DNA of 64,000 nucleotides from Lama guanicoe (GCA_013239625.1 MU053561.1:2992283-3056282); one strand, 5' to 3'; shown: positions 21,729 through 35,572, numbered from the stretch's first letter. The notes: generated by a model from the letters alone, not told the origin. Translations and numbers: made by a program.

Positions 21729-23597
21729 TAAGTAGCTTAGCTCTTTTTTCATAATTTGGAAAAATAAAATAGAAGGAGGTGACGGCTTTGTACTGAAATC
21801 TATTCTTGATTTCTCTTTTGTTTTAGAGGAGAAAGAATTCATTGCAGGATCAGTAGTTAGTGAGGGAGATTGGATCCATGGCTGTTGACAGGAGGCAAGA
21901 ACAGGAGGGTTCTTTTGTTTCTTTTGAAAAGACCACATCACCACCATCCAAGTGCAGGTGTATAAACTGGGTGGCACAGGGAGGCTTGTCTCATTAAGAT
22001 CTCTTAACCCACTTAGTTTATCATGTTGGTGAGCCATCACATTGGCAGGTAAACAGCAGGGAACGCTGTAACAACTGTAAGGTCATGCGCAAGCGCAGAA
22101 CAGCGGCCTCTCCTGGAGAAAGAGGTGAATTGCCCCGGCTATACCCAGAGCAGCCATTGTGTAAACCGGAGATCCCAGAGCCGGAGCCCTCTGTGGAATT
22201 CCTGTCGAGTGAGTCTTCGGCCTGAAAGAGGAGATGTTTTTCTTCCCTCCCAGGTGGATGTGTGCACAGCGGTGGTAGGACAGCTCCATCCAGGCTCCCC
22301 ACAGCCATCGGGAAGAGGGAGGCTGGCCCGGAGCCCTGAGAACTGGGAAGATCCAGCTTCTCCCCCACCTCCAGGCGGCTTAGCTTCCCATCGGCGTGTC
22401 TTCGACAAATCTTAGCAAACCCTTTATTCCAGGCCCTAGAGGGAGCCCAGGACTCCCAGAGCAGCGTTTATCTTCCAGACTTTGGTCCGCGTATGTTCTG
22501 TCTGGCCCTCTTGGACCCCATCCAACAAGAGTAAAATTTCCAGCATCCTCTTCTACGAAGGTTGAAGGTCCGCTTTCTGGCGCTCCCTGAGGACACTGCC
22601 TCCCGCAGCCCTCAAGGGGAAGCTCCTCCTCTGTGCACCTTGTGCACTGGGCCTAGATGGGGCGATTTGGGGAGGGGTGGCGTCCTCCCGGCTCTTCTCT
22701 GCTTCCAGAGCACTGCTTCTTCCAACAGCAGATTGCCACCACCTGATAGCCGTTTTCCGCACTCTCATTGTTGTGTGTCTCTTGCCGTGAAGCTTCTAGC
22801 ACGAGGTGGAAATCACTGTCTCTTAGCACCGCTCCTTTCAGAATCTGAGTGTTTTCAAAACCTACAAATCGAATACCCTGGCATGGTCTCCCCCAGGGAT
22901 CTCATCTCCTCCCTTTCCCATCCCTGCCCTGGCCCGGCTCTGACCTTTTCCTCACCAATACCCGCAGCCCCTCACTGTCTCAGTTACAAGCATTCCCTCT
23001 CTGCTCACAGTCTTCCACACCACAGCCTTGAGGGCCCCGATTCCCAAACTCCTGCCACCCTACCAGGACCTGCACGCCAGCCATCCTGTCTCTTCCCTGG
23101 CCCTCAGCTGCTTTGATTCCTCGTCTGCCTCACAGCCTGGGGCCTCCAGTGGGAGCTCATCGGTGTAATCACTCCTCTATCCTCACTCTCTATCCTCTCA
23201 CTTGGCCAAACCTCAGCCACGGTTACAGTCACCCCTACCAGTTCACTCCCTGCATCCAAACTGCTGAACATCCCGGAGAAACACACCACCAGGCTGATCA
23301 GTTTCACTTCAACAACCGCAAACCTCAAATGGAATCACGGTGTTTCTCAGGTGTCCTCATTGCAGGGCCCTGGTCCGTTCACAGCCTCCTCATGGCTCTT
23401 CTTAAATCTGCAACCCTGTGTCCTCACTCTCAGCCGCTCACCTGGCTCCCCACATCACTGGGAAAAAACAAAAGCACTGAAGAGAGCCCTTGCCCCGCAC
23501 ACCTCCACCCCAGCTGCATGGGCACCCACGGGCTTCGCTCTCCCCGTTACTGTGGCTGGACTCTCCTTGCTCCTTCCTCCCAAACCACTTACTCCTC

Positions 23598-23900
23598 TTG
23601 CCTTAGTCTGCTATAGCATAATACCATAGACTGGGTGGCTTAAAAGCAGAAATTTATTTCTCCCCATGCTACTGGTTAGGAAGATCAAGGTGCCGCCAGT
23701 GTGGTTCCCAGTGAGGGCTCTTCTGGCTGGCTGTGTCCTTGCGTGGCAGGTGTCTCTTCCTCTTATCCGGACACCAGCTCTACTGGATTGGGTCCCCACC
23801 TTTATGGCCTCATTGAACCTCCTCGCAGGCCTTATCTCCATAGTCACATGGGGGGTTAGGGTTTCAACATACGAATTTTAGGGGATGAAGCGTTCACACT
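23598..23900. mobile_element. ERVL-MaLR LTR (MLT1A/B-like)
   Basis: taccatagactgggtggcttaaa..cagaaatttatttctc..agatcaaggtgcc..gggggttagggtttcaacatacgaatttt. Confidence 0.8.
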
Positions 23901-24036
23901 GCTTATTCACAGGATCACATCGCCCCTCATCTGCTTAAGGACCTCACTTTTGTCTTTGCCCACCTCTCTCCCCATCAGCTTTTACCTTTCTACAGCATTA
24001 TGCAAACATGCTATTTCTCATAGCTTCAAAAACCAT

Positions 24037-24836
24037 GAAGTATATAGTCAGTTTACAATGTCGTGTCAATTTCCAGTGTACAGCATAATGTTTCAGTCAT
24101 ACATATACATACATATATTCTTTTTCATTAAAGATTATTGTAAGATATTAAATATAGTGCCCTGTGTTATACAGAAGAAATTTGTTTTTTTAATCTATTT
24201 TTATGTATAATGGTTATCATTTAAAGATCTCAGACTCCCAAATTTATCCTTTCCCACTCCCTTTCTCTGGTAACCATAAGATTGTTTTCTATGTCTGTGA
24301 CTCTGTATCTGTTTTGTAATTGAGTTCATTAGTGTCTTTTTTTTTTAGAGTCCACATATGAGTAATAACATATTGTATTTTTCTTCCTCTGTCTGGCTTA
24401 CTTCACTTAGTATGATCATCTCCAGGTCCATCAATGTTGCTGTAAATGATATTGTCTTTTTCATGGCTGAGTAGTATTCCATTGTATAAATATATCACAA
24501 CTTCTTTATCCAGTCATCTATTGATAGACATTTAGTTTGTTTCTATGTCTTGGCTATTATAAACAGTGCTGCTATGAACATTGGGGTGCATGTGTCTTCA
24601 AATTAGAGTTCCCTCCAGATATATGCCCAAGAGTGGTATTGCTGGATCATAGGGTAAGTCTATTTTTAGTTTTTTAGGGAATCTCCATACTGTTTTCCAT
24701 AGTGGCTACACCAAACTATATTCCCACCAGCAGTGTAGGAGGGTTCCCTTTTCTCTGTACCCTCTCCAGCATTTATTGTTTGTGGACTTTTTAATGATGG
24801 ACATTCTGATTAGTGTGAGGTGATACCTCATTGTAG
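24037..24836 (-). mobile_element. 5'-truncated L1 (ORF2 C-terminus plus 3'UTR)
   Basis: Reverse complement of the L1 3' end: agtgctgctatgaacattggggtgcatg, gtgaggtgatacctcattgtag. Confidence 0.88.
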
Positions 24837-24964
24837 CAAAACCCAAAATACTCTTCTTTGCACTTTTGCACCCAGCTCTTATCTCATTTTTCTGCTATGT
24901 TTTATAAAAGGTCCCTCAGAAGAATGATCTGTACTTCCTTTTCCTGATTCCCTCTCCCCATTCT

Positions 24965-25112
24965 TTTTCTTTTTTTAATTTTTTTAACTTTAATTTTGGG
25001 GGGGTAATTAGGTTTACCTATTTATTTATTTTTGGAGGAGGTGCTGGGGATTGAACCCAGGACCTCATGCATGCTAAGCATGCTCCCCATCACTTAAGCT
25101 ATACCCTCTCTG
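24965..25112 (-). mobile_element. Vic-1-like SINE
   Basis: gtgctggggattgaacccaggacctcatgcatgctaagc..agctataccctc, flanked on both sides by tccccattct. Confidence 0.88.
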
Positions 25113-25399
25113 CATCCCCATTCTCTTTTGGACACTCTTTGGTCAGGCTTTCACCCCCTACTACTTGCCAAGCTTAGTGATGACCCCCTCATCCTAACAT
25201 CCAATGGTCACTCCTCAGACCTTATCTTACTTTGCCTGTCAGCATCATCTGACACCGTGGAGGGCCCCCCACGTATTTGTTTAGTGCTTCCTAGACACTA
25301 GGTTCTGCGGGGTGTGTGCAATGAAAAAAGCACGTGGTGTGGCAGGGCACGGAGGCCTGTGAGTACTTGTGGTGAGTTTACCAAGTCCTAAAATGGAAG

Positions 25400-25926
25400 T
25401 GTGTGCAAAGAAGGAAGGAAGTACAACCACGTGACCCAGGAGTTCCACTCCTTGGTATATACCCATGAGAAATAAACATGTGCGTCCACCCAAAGGCCTG
25501 TACATGGATGTTCATCAGTCAGTATTCACAACAGCCAAACAGTGGAAATAATCCAAACATCCATCCACGGATGAGCAGATACATAAAAAAATGCAGTCTA
25601 TTCATATAGTGGCATAGTATTCAGTATAAAAAGTAATGAAGGTCTGATACATACTACAGCATGGATGAACCTTGAAAACATGCTAAGTGAAAGAAGCCAA
25701 TCTAAAGAGATGACATAGTATATAATTTTTATTTATACAAAATTACCGGAGTAGGGCTGGGAGGGGGATGTTGGATGCGGGGAGGGAGTGACTGGGGTGA
25801 AAATGTTCTAAAATTAATTGTAGTCATTGTACAACTGTAAACAGACTAAAACTGTATACTTTAAGTGGGTGGACTGTATGGTACATAAATTATGTTCTAA
25901 TAAAACTATTATTATAAAAAAAAAAA
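25400..25926 (+). mobile_element. Old L1M 3' fragment
   Basis: tgacccaggagttccactcct, catggatgaaccttgaaaacatgctaagtgaaagaagcc, A tail. Confidence 0.8.
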
Positions 25927-27492
25927 GGACTAAGGAATTAGAGGAGTGCTCTGGCGTCCCATCCCTCCCCTGTCAGCTCCTCAGCCTTTGTTCAGCTCTT
26001 CAGATGCTGAACGTCTATATAGGGAACTTCCTTCCCCTCAGGACTCTTGACTACATTTCCCCTACTCTACCCGGGGCCAAAAGTTACCAGGTCACAAAGC
26101 AACTTTCTGTTTGAAAGTCTGAGCAAAGAACTAGCTTCAGACACTAGCTAGTGAGTGTCTGAAAGCCCCTTAAACCAGAGTTGAATTTAGAATCTTGAGA
26201 CACAGTGTCCCGTTGTGTTTCTCCCCCCGCTACCCTTAGGCACACTCTGCCCAGTGTACACGTCCCCTGGTCATCTGCCTTCTTCTGCACTCCCATTCCT
26301 ACACTGCCCCGTGCTCCCTGCCCCGCTCCTCGTTCCCTTCCAGGATTGTCCGTTGGAGCCTCCTTTCCACCATCAACAATCTGCTCTACACCCGCAGCCC
26401 TCACTCAGCCTTGTGTTCTGGTCATACCCATCTCTCTGCATCCCCTGGCGCTACTCCCCAAGGACTCTGCCTCCACTGGCAGCCCTGTCCAAGGGACAGG
26501 CAGGTACTGTCACTCTCCTTGTTTCACAGATAAGAAACTGACAGGCACAGATCAAAGGTCAGCCAGTTAAAAGCGGCAGAAGCAGGATTCAAGCCCAGGT
26601 GGAACCCCAGAGGCTGTTGACCGCCAAGCCATACTGAGAAGATAGATGTGTGTGGTTAATTTCCCACCTATAGTTGGGAGCCCTCTAAAACTTTTTTCCA
26701 AGTTTCCTGTTTACTCAAAGAAGGAGTCTATCCTTAATTCAAGTGTTCTCTAGAGAGAGGGCTTGTTTTCAACCACTTACGTTGACCACATAGCAAAGGG
26801 ACCAGATACTATGCTGAATTCTACCTCCTTGACTCAATGCTGGAGGGGTCCTCGGAGGTCTCATTAGTTGAGTAAACCGAGGCACAGGGAGGGAAGGTAA
26901 CTGGACCAAGCACTCACAGCTAGTTCGGCGAAAGAACCAGAAACAGGAGCCCTAAAATCTTGGCCTCCACCCAAATGCTTTTCTGTGACACAGGGGTGTC
27001 TCCTAAAATCCACCCTTAGTACCCTTAGTTTTAAACCCCCTACCCTGTGTCAGATTTGAACAGGAGCCCAAGGAAGCATGGCGTTGGCTGCAGGGACCAT
27101 GCAGCGGGAGGCCTGGCTGCAGCTCAGTGCCCTGCCAGGGGTTGTGGTGCTTGCCATCTTGGGAGGTACCCGGTCTTTTGGTCGGAACGGAAGTGGTGGA
27201 TGATGGCGGAAGTGAGAGCAAAGTGGCCAAATGCGTGACTTGCCTGGGCTGCCTGTGTTAACGTCTGATGCCTACAGAATAAGAAAAAAGCCCTTCCTCT
27301 TTCTCTAGGCTCTTCCTCTTGATCTTTTCCTTCTATTCCAAGATCTTCTATTCCAAGACCCTTTTGTGCAAAGGGAGTACTAGCGATCAAAGCAGCAGGC
27401 CCTTGTGTCTTGATTAGGGAATCACTGACAAGGGCCCCAGTCAAAACCACCTCCCTCACCAGCCTCCTGACATCACCTCACCTCTTACGCCT

Positions 27493-27945
27493 TTATTTTT
27501 TTATTTTTATTTTTAAAAATTTGTTTTTTATTGAGGTAACATTGGTTTATAATATTATATAAATTTCATGTGTACAATATTGTATTTCTACTTCTGTAAA
27601 CACAACAGTGTGTCACCACCAAAAATTTAGTTTCCATCCTTCACCACACAGTTGATCCCTTTTAACTGTATGGCCTTCCCCACTCCCCCAGCCTTTCCCC
27701 TCTGGTAACCATTACTCTGTTCTCTGTATTTACGTGTTTATTTTTGCTTGGTTTGGTTTATATTCATTTATTTTGGTTTTTGTTTGTTTTGTTTTCTATT
27801 TTAAAAAGTCCACATAAGAGTGAAATCATAGGATATTTTCTTTCTTCATCTGACTTAGTTCACTTATGCAGTACCCTCAAGGTCCATCCGTGTTGTTGCA
27901 TATGGCAAGATTTCATCTTTTTCCACTGTGTGATATATATATAAG
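27493..27945 (-). mobile_element. L1 3' fragment
   Basis: ttttattgaggtaacattggtttataa..ctctggtaaccattactc..ccacataagagtgaaatcata. Confidence 0.8.
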
Positions 27946-27962
27946 AAGAGAAGGAAAACCAA

Positions 27963-28044
27963 TTCATCCATTCAGCAGTGAAGTCATTCACCCATTGATC
28001 CATCCAGCTATCCATCCATCCATCCATCCGTCCATCCATCCATC
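27963..28044. repeat. (TCCA)n microsatellite at an L2 tail
   Basis: tccatccatccatccatccgtccatccatccatc, directly adjacent to a minus-strand L2 3' end. Confidence 0.85.
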
Positions 28045-29885
28045 TTTTCATTCAACACATTTACTGAGTGCCTTACTATGTGCTAGGCACTGTTCTGGGC
28101 ACTTGGGGTATAATAGTAAACAGATGAGAGAGAAGCAAGATGGCGGAGTAGAAGGACGCTCGTAGCTCACCCTCTCCCGCAAACACACCAAGACTCATAT
28201 CTGTGGACCCACTCAGCCAACCAGAGCACCTGCTGAACTCCAACAGAACATCGAAAGACAAAGACACCAAAAATCTGGTAGGAGAAAAGGAAAAAAGAAA
28301 GAAGAAAAAGCAAAACAGTGCGGGACTGGTCCCGAGGGGAGGGAGCGGCAAAGGAGGACTAGCGCTCGTTCGCTGAACCTCCCTCTCCAACGGAGAGGCC
28401 AGCGGGACGGAGGGGGAGCCTCCGAGGCTCGGATCTGTATGGAGCAGCCCTTGACTGACAAAACTAAGTTAAACGGGCACAAAGTGTCCCTGTGACACGC
28501 AGCCCGAGACGCGGGCTGGCGGCTGGGGCCGGGACTGGCTGCCCGAGCCGGGCGGAGGCCTGGGGCGGCTGCACTGAGGCAGCCCCGGGGAGACTGAGGG
28601 GGGCTGCGTGTTGTGGCTAGGAGGGGATACAGAGCAGAACAGCCTGGGCTTCCCATAAATTACGGGGGAAAAAAAGCAAAGCAATACTGCTGGTGTGTCA
28701 TGGGGGAGGGGCACCATAGCCTTTGTCTCCTCAGACCGGAGGCGCCATTACTGATGCTTCTCGCGAGAAGAGAGTTGGGGCGCAGCCACAGCCGCCATCT
28801 CCTGTGCGCAGCGCCCGGGCGGGGGTGGGGCCGAGCCCTGAATCCACACCGGGGACTCCACCACCTCCTAGGCAGAGCTGAGACTTGTTTACAACCCGAG
28901 GCAGATAGGATCTTTCTGCCCTGGTACCTCAGACAACTTGCGTGGCTAAGACAAACAAGGAGCTGAGTTTTGGAATGAACAGCGGGGGCCGTTCTGCAGT
29001 CTTCCCCGAGCCCGCCTGCGGAGCGCTGATCTGAGGTGGAGGGGGCAGCTGCACAGAGCAGCATAGCCACCATAGCGGGGAGAGGGCGGGCAGCCACTGC
29101 CTTCCAGGCAGGAACACAGCACCTGACTGTGGTGCTGGGAGGGGGCGCGACCCACCCACTTCCCTCTCCCCAGCGCAGCATCTGACTGTGGCATCAGGAG
29201 GTGGAGTGACCCACCCACCTGCCCACTGCGAAGGAGAACAGCACCTGACCCAGTGCTGGGAGGGGCCGCGATCTTATTGCTGACAGGCACTGGGAGCAGC
29301 ACAGAGGAGGGCACCACGGGAGGGCCTCTGGAAACAGCAAGCCGAGCTCGCAAAACAGGGCAAAGACAGAAAGACAATAAAACCATTAAGAGTGCAGTCT
29401 CCAGGAAGACACATCTTTTTTTTTTTTTAATCTTTTTTATATCTGTTATATTTTCTATTATCTTTTTAGTCTTTACTTTTTAAACAATTATATATGTTTA
29501 CAGTTTTAATACCTTTTAAATTTTTCATTTAAAATCGGTTTGTTATTATTATTTTAAAAAAACCACCTAATTTCATTTTTAATCCTCTTGGCTTTGATCT
29601 CCTGTTATTGATTATTCACAGGTTTCAAATATTTTTTTTTGATTTTTTTTCTCATTTTTATTAAGGTTTTTAAAAGACATCTCAACTCGACTGCTGTTCT
29701 GCTTCAACTTGCTCTTCTATTATTGATTAGACACTGTTTTCAACCTTTTTTTCCTCCATTCTCTTAAAATTTCTCTCTTTTTTTAAAGTTTTATTCCTGC
29801 ATAGGCTTTAGATAGATAAATAAATAAACTCCTTTTGGACGACAATAGGTAACTGATACTCCTTAAGCCACAGTGCCAGAGAGAT

Positions 29886-31330
29886 ATGAGCAATATGAAG
29901 AAGCAGAGGAACCACTCCCAATTAAAAGAGCAAGAGAAATCCCCTGGAAGTACGATCAATGAAATAGACATTGATGTCCTACTAGATCAAGATTTCAAAA
30001 AAGGAGTGATCAAAGTACTGAAGGAACTAAAAGAGATAGTGTTTAGAGATATAAAATATGTCAAAAACGAAATTGAAGCTATAAAGAAGAGCCAAGTAGA
30101 ACTGGTACACATTGGCTGAAATGAGAACTGATCTAAAGGCTGCACAAAGCAGGCTAGATAATGCAGAGGAATGAATAAGTGACCTAGAAGACAGGACAAC
30201 AGAAAGCACCCAATCAGAACAGCTGAGAGATACTACTCAGCCATAAAAACTGACAACATAATGCCACTTGCAGCAACATGGATGCTCCTGGAGAATGTCA
30301 TTCTAAGTGAAGTAAGCCAGAAAGAGAAAGAAAAATACCGTGTGAGACCGCTCATATGTGGAATCTAAAAAAAAAAAAAAAAAAAAAAAAAAAGCATAAA
30401 TACAAAACAGAAATAGACTCATAGACATAGACTACAAACTTGTGGTTGCCAAGGGGGTGGGAGGTGGGAAGGGATAGACTGGGATTTCAAAATTGTAGAA
30501 TAGATAAACAAGATTATACTGTATAGCACAGGGAAATATATACAAGATCTTATGGTAGCTCACAGAGAAAAAAATGTGACAATGAATATATATATGTTCA
30601 TGTATAACTGAAAAATTGTGCTGTACACTGGAATTTGACACAACATTGTAAAATGATTATAAATCAATAAAAAATGTTAAAAAAAAAATAGAAGGCCCTT
30701 TGAAGGATGCTAAATCCTACATCTGTAATTAAGAGTTTCCATTGAATGTTTTTAATTTGAAGAATAAAAAAAAAGAACAGCTGAGAGAAAGACAAGTAAA
30801 AAACAATATAAGGGACCTATGGGATAATATAAAGTATTCCAATCTATGCATAATAGGGGTTCCAGAAGGGGAAGAAAGAACAAAGGGGATTGAAAAGGTA
30901 TTTGAGAAATCATGACTGAAAACTTCCCAAAACTAAAGAAGGAATCAGATATCCACGTACAGGAGGCTCAGAGGGTCCCAAACAAGAAGAACCCAAAAAA
31001 CAGACCCAAGACATATAATCAAGATGGCCAGAGTCAAGGATAAAGAAATGATCCTAAAGGCAGCAAGAGAAAAACAAAGAATGAGTTACAAGGGAATCCC
31101 CATGAGGGTCTCAGCTGATTTCTCTACAGAAACACTACAGGCCAGAAGGGAATTGCAAGATATATTCAAAGTCCTGAATGAAAAAAAAGATGCAGCCTGG
31201 GATACTTTATCCAGCAAGGCTATCCTTTAGAATAGAAGGAGAAATAAAGAATTTCACAGACAAGCAAAAACTAAAAGAGTTTAGCAACACTAAACTCATG
31301 CTAAAAGAAATATTGAAAGGCCTACTCTAA
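29886..31330 (+). pseudogene. L1 ORF1p (disrupted by frameshifts, a stop and the nested insertion 30231-30773)
   Basis: MSNMKKQRNHSQLKEQEKSP..DQDFKKGVIKVLKEL and later KDKEMILKAAREKQ..RVSADFSTETLQARRE; ends KGLL* with TAA at 31328-31330. Confidence 0.9.
30231..30773 (+). mobile_element. Nested 5'-truncated L1 with 3' transduction, inside ORF1 of the host L1
   Basis: Perfect 15-bp TSD agaacagctgagaga at 30216-30230 and 30774-30788; L1 3' end to 30688, then ~74 bp of non-L1-looking sequence and a second A tail. Confidence 0.92.
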
Positions 31331-31744
31331 ATAGAAAAGAAGCAGGATGATACAGAAATGAGAAACTCATAACTGAAAAGGTGATATCTACCATGAATTA
31401 CAAATAGAATAAACACAAAATTGTAAAAGAAGACATCTAAATCATTAAGAGTGGGAGAGGGAAGCAAGAAAATACAGAGTATTTTTTTTCTTTCTTCTTT
31501 TTTCAAAAATTTTTTGTTCTCCATAGGATGGGTTTGAGATTATATTACTATCTGTTTAGTACAAATAGTTATAGTAATAGGTTAATAGACTTACAAAAAA
31601 GGGTAACCACAAGCCAAAACTTACAAGTGAGTCAGAAAAACTAAATAAAATCCAAGATAATACAAAGGAAAATTGCCAAACCATGAAAGGAGGAAGAAAG
31701 GAACAAAGAGGAAATACCAAATCAACTGCAAAAGTAAGTTCAGA

Positions 31745-34700
31745 ATGGCAATAAACACTCATCTATCATTAATTACTGTAAATGTTAATGGACTAAATGC
31801 TCCAGTCAAAAGATGTAGAGTGGCAGACTGGATAATAAAGCAAGAACCTTCAATATGCTGCATACAAGAGACCACTTTAAGGAGAAGGACACATATAGAT
31901 TGAGAGTGAAAGGATGGAAAATCATATTCCTTGCAAATGGAAAAGCCAAAAAAGCAGGTGTCGCAGTACTGATTTCAGACAGAATAGACTTTAAGACAAG
32001 GGCCATAAAGAAAGATACAGAAGGACATTTTATAATGATTAAAGGAGTAATACAAGATGAGGATATTACAACCATTAATATATATGCACCCAACATAGGA
32101 GCACCTAAGTACATAAAACAACTACTAACAGAGATAAAGGGGGAAACTGATGGGAATACAATCATTGTTGGAGATTTTAACACTGCATTAACATCACTAG
32201 ACAGATCTTCCAGACAGAAAGTAAATAAGGCAACAGAGAAATTAAATGATACAATGGAAAAATCAGATTTGGTGTATATTTTCAGAGCATTACACACCCC
32301 CCAAAATAAGATAGACATTCTTTTCAAGTGCACATGGAACATTTTCTAGGATTGATCATGTACTTGGGCACAAAAGAAGCCTCAACAATTTTAAGAAAAT
32401 AGAAATTATCTCAAGCATCTTTACTGACCACAATGCCATGAAACTAGAAATCAACTACAGAGAAGCAAAGGAGAAAAAAAAAAAGGAAAGTATGGAGATT
32501 AAACAACATGCTATTAAAAAACCAATGGGTCAATGATGAAATCAAAGTTGAAATTAAAAAATACCTTGAGACAAATGAAAATGAAAACACAACCACACAA
32601 AACTATGGGACGCAGCAAAGGCAGTGCTAAGAGGGAAGTTTATAGTGATTCAGGCCTTCCTCAAAAAAGAACAATCTCAAATAAACAATCTAACCCACCA
32701 GCTAAAGAACTAGAAAAAAAGAGGAAACACACCCAAAAGTCAGCGAAGCAAGTAAATAATAAAGATCAAGGAGAAAATAAATAAAATAGAGATTTAAAAA
32801 AACCATAGAAAAATCAATCAAACCAAAAGCTGGTTTTTTGAAAAAGTAAATAAAATTGACAAACCTCTGGCCAAACTCATGAAGAAGAAAAAAGAGAGAG
32901 CACAAATTAGCAAAATAAGAAAGGAAAATGGAGAAATTACAACAAATAACATAGAAATACAGAATATCATACGAGAATATTATGAAAAACTATATGGAAC
33001 CAAAATGGATAACCTAGAGGAGATGGACAAGTTTCTGGAAACATACAGTCCACCAAGACTGAATCAAGAAGAAACTGACCACCTGAGCAAATTGATCACT
33101 AGAAATGAAATTGAATTAGCAATAAAAAACCTCCTTACAAATAAAAGTCCAGGACTGGACGGCTTCACTGGGGAATTCTACCAAACATACAAAGAAGAAC
33201 TCATACCAGTCCTTCTCAAACTCTTTCAGAAGACTGAAAAAGAGGGAATACTCCCTAACTCATTCTTTGAAGCCACCATCACCCTGATACCAAAACCAGG
33301 CAAAGACACCACCAAAAAAGAGAATTACAGACTAATATCACTGATGAATATAGATGCAAAAATCCTTATCAAAATACTAGCAAATAGAATCCAACAGCAC
33401 ATAAAAAAGATTATATATCATGATCAAGTGGGATTCATCCCAGGTACACAAGGGTGGTTCAACATATGCAAATCAGTCAATGTACTATATCACATCAACA
33501 AGAGAAAGAACAAAAACCACATGATCATCTCAATAGATGCAGAAAAAGCTTTTGATAAAATTCAACACCCATTTATGATAAAAAAAACTCTCACCAAAGT
33601 GGGTATAGATGGAACATATCTCAACATAATAAAAGCTATATATGACAAACCTACAGCCAGCATAGTACACGATGGTGAAAAACTCAAAAGCTTCCCACTA
33701 AAATCTGGGACAAGACAAGGCTGCCAACTATCACCACTCCTATTCAACATAGTGTTGGAAGTCCTAGCCACAGCAATCAGGCAAGAGAGAGAAATAAAAG
33801 GGATCCAAATTGGAAAACAAGAGGTAAAAGTGTCACTATATGCAGATGACATGATACTATATGTAGAAAACCCTAAAATGTTCACACAAAAACTACTAGA
33901 ACTAATTGAAGAATTCAGCAAGGTAGCAGGTTACAAGATTAACGTTCAAAAATCAGTTGCATTTCTTTACACTAATGATGAATCAACAGAAAAAGAAAGT
34001 AAAGAAACAATCCCCTTTAAAATAGCACCCAAAGTAATAAAATACCTAGGGGTAAATCTAATCAAGGAGGTGAAAGACTTATGCATGAAAAACTAGAAAA
34101 CACTGATGAAGAAAATTAAAGAAGACTTAAAAAAATAGAAAGACATCTCATGCTCCTGGATTGGAAGAATCAATATAGTTAAAATGGTCATACTGCCCAA
34201 GATTTACAGATTTAATGCAATCCCTATCAAATTACCCAGGACATATTTCACAGAACTAGAACAAATCATAATAAAATTTAAAATAAAACCACTAAAGACC
34301 TAGAATTGCCAAAGCATTACTGAAGAAAAAGAAAGAGGCTGGAGGAATAACTCTCCCAGACTTCAGACAATACTACAGAGCTACAGTAATCAAGACAGCA
34401 TGGTATTGGTACAAAAACAGACATATGGACCAATGGAACACAATAGAGAGCCCAGAAATGAACCCACAAATTTTGGTCAACTAATCTTCGACAAAGGAGA
34501 CAAGAATATACGATGGAATAAAGACAGTCTCTTCAGCAAATGGTATTGGGAAAATTGGACAGCAGCATGTAAATCACTGAAGCTAGAACACTCCCTTACA
34601 CCATACACAAAAATAAACTCAAAATGGATCAAAGACTTAAACATAAGACAAGACACAATAAATCTCCTAGAAGAAAATATAGGCAAAACATTATCTGACA

Positions 34701-35572
34701 TACATCTCAGAAATGCTCTCCTAGGGCAGTCTACACAAGCAATAGAAATAAAAGCAAGAATAAACAAATGAGACCTAATGAAACTCACAAGCTTCTGCAC
34801 AGCAAAGGAAACCATAAGTAAAACAAAATGACAACCTACAGAATGGGAGAAAATTTTTGCAAATGAAACCGACAAAGGCTTGATCTCCAGAATATATAAG
34901 CAGCTCATACGACTTATTAAGAAGAAAACAAACAACCCAATCCAAAAATGGGCAGAAGACCTAAACAAGCAATTCTCCAAGGAAGAAACACAAATGATCA
35001 ATAGGCACATGAAAAAATGCTCAGTATCACTAATTATCAGAGAAATGCAAATCAAAACTACTATGAGGTATCATCTCACTCCAGTCAGAATGGCCAGCAT
35101 TCAAAAATCCACAAAGGATAAATGCTGGAGAGGCTGTGGAGAAAAAGTAACCCTCCTACACTGTTGGTGGGAATGTAGTTTGGTGCAGCCACTGTGGAAA
35201 ACAGTATGGAGATTCCTCAAAAGACTAGGAATAGACTTACCATATGACCCAGGAATCCCGCTCCTGGACATATATCCAGAAGGAACCCTGCTTCAAAACG
35301 ACACCTGCACCTCAGTGTTCATAGCAGCACTATTTACAATAGCCAAGACATGGAAACAGCTTAAATATCCATCAACAGATGACTGGATAAAGAAGAAGTG
35401 GTATATTTATACAATGGAATACTATTCAGCCATAAAAGCTGACAACATAATGCCATTTGCAGCAACATGGATGTTACTGGAGAATGTCATTCTAAGTGAA
35501 GTAAGCCAGAAAGAAAAAGAAAAATACCACATGAGATCACTCATATGTGGAAACTTAAAAAAAAAAACATAA
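31745..35572 (+). pseudogene. L1 ORF2p endonuclease / reverse transcriptase (multiple frameshifts and stops)
   Basis: MAINTHLSLITVNVNGLNAP..CCIQET, NIYAPN, IVGDFN (APE endonuclease); ORF 32879..34096 with GTRQGC.LSPLLF and YADD (RT); C-terminal [14 protein letters not shown]. Confidence 0.95.

Noticed and set aside
22562..23616. 184 aa and 167 aa + strand ORFs
   Set aside because: Non-ATG starts, Pro/Ser/Leu-rich composition, overlap with L2-like sequence, and no recognisable domain.
28213..29386. Antisense ORFs (147, 173 and 146 aa) in the L1 5'UTR as an ORF0 analogue
   Set aside because: Expected by chance in GC-rich, stop-poor DNA; several overlapping frames with no motif support.
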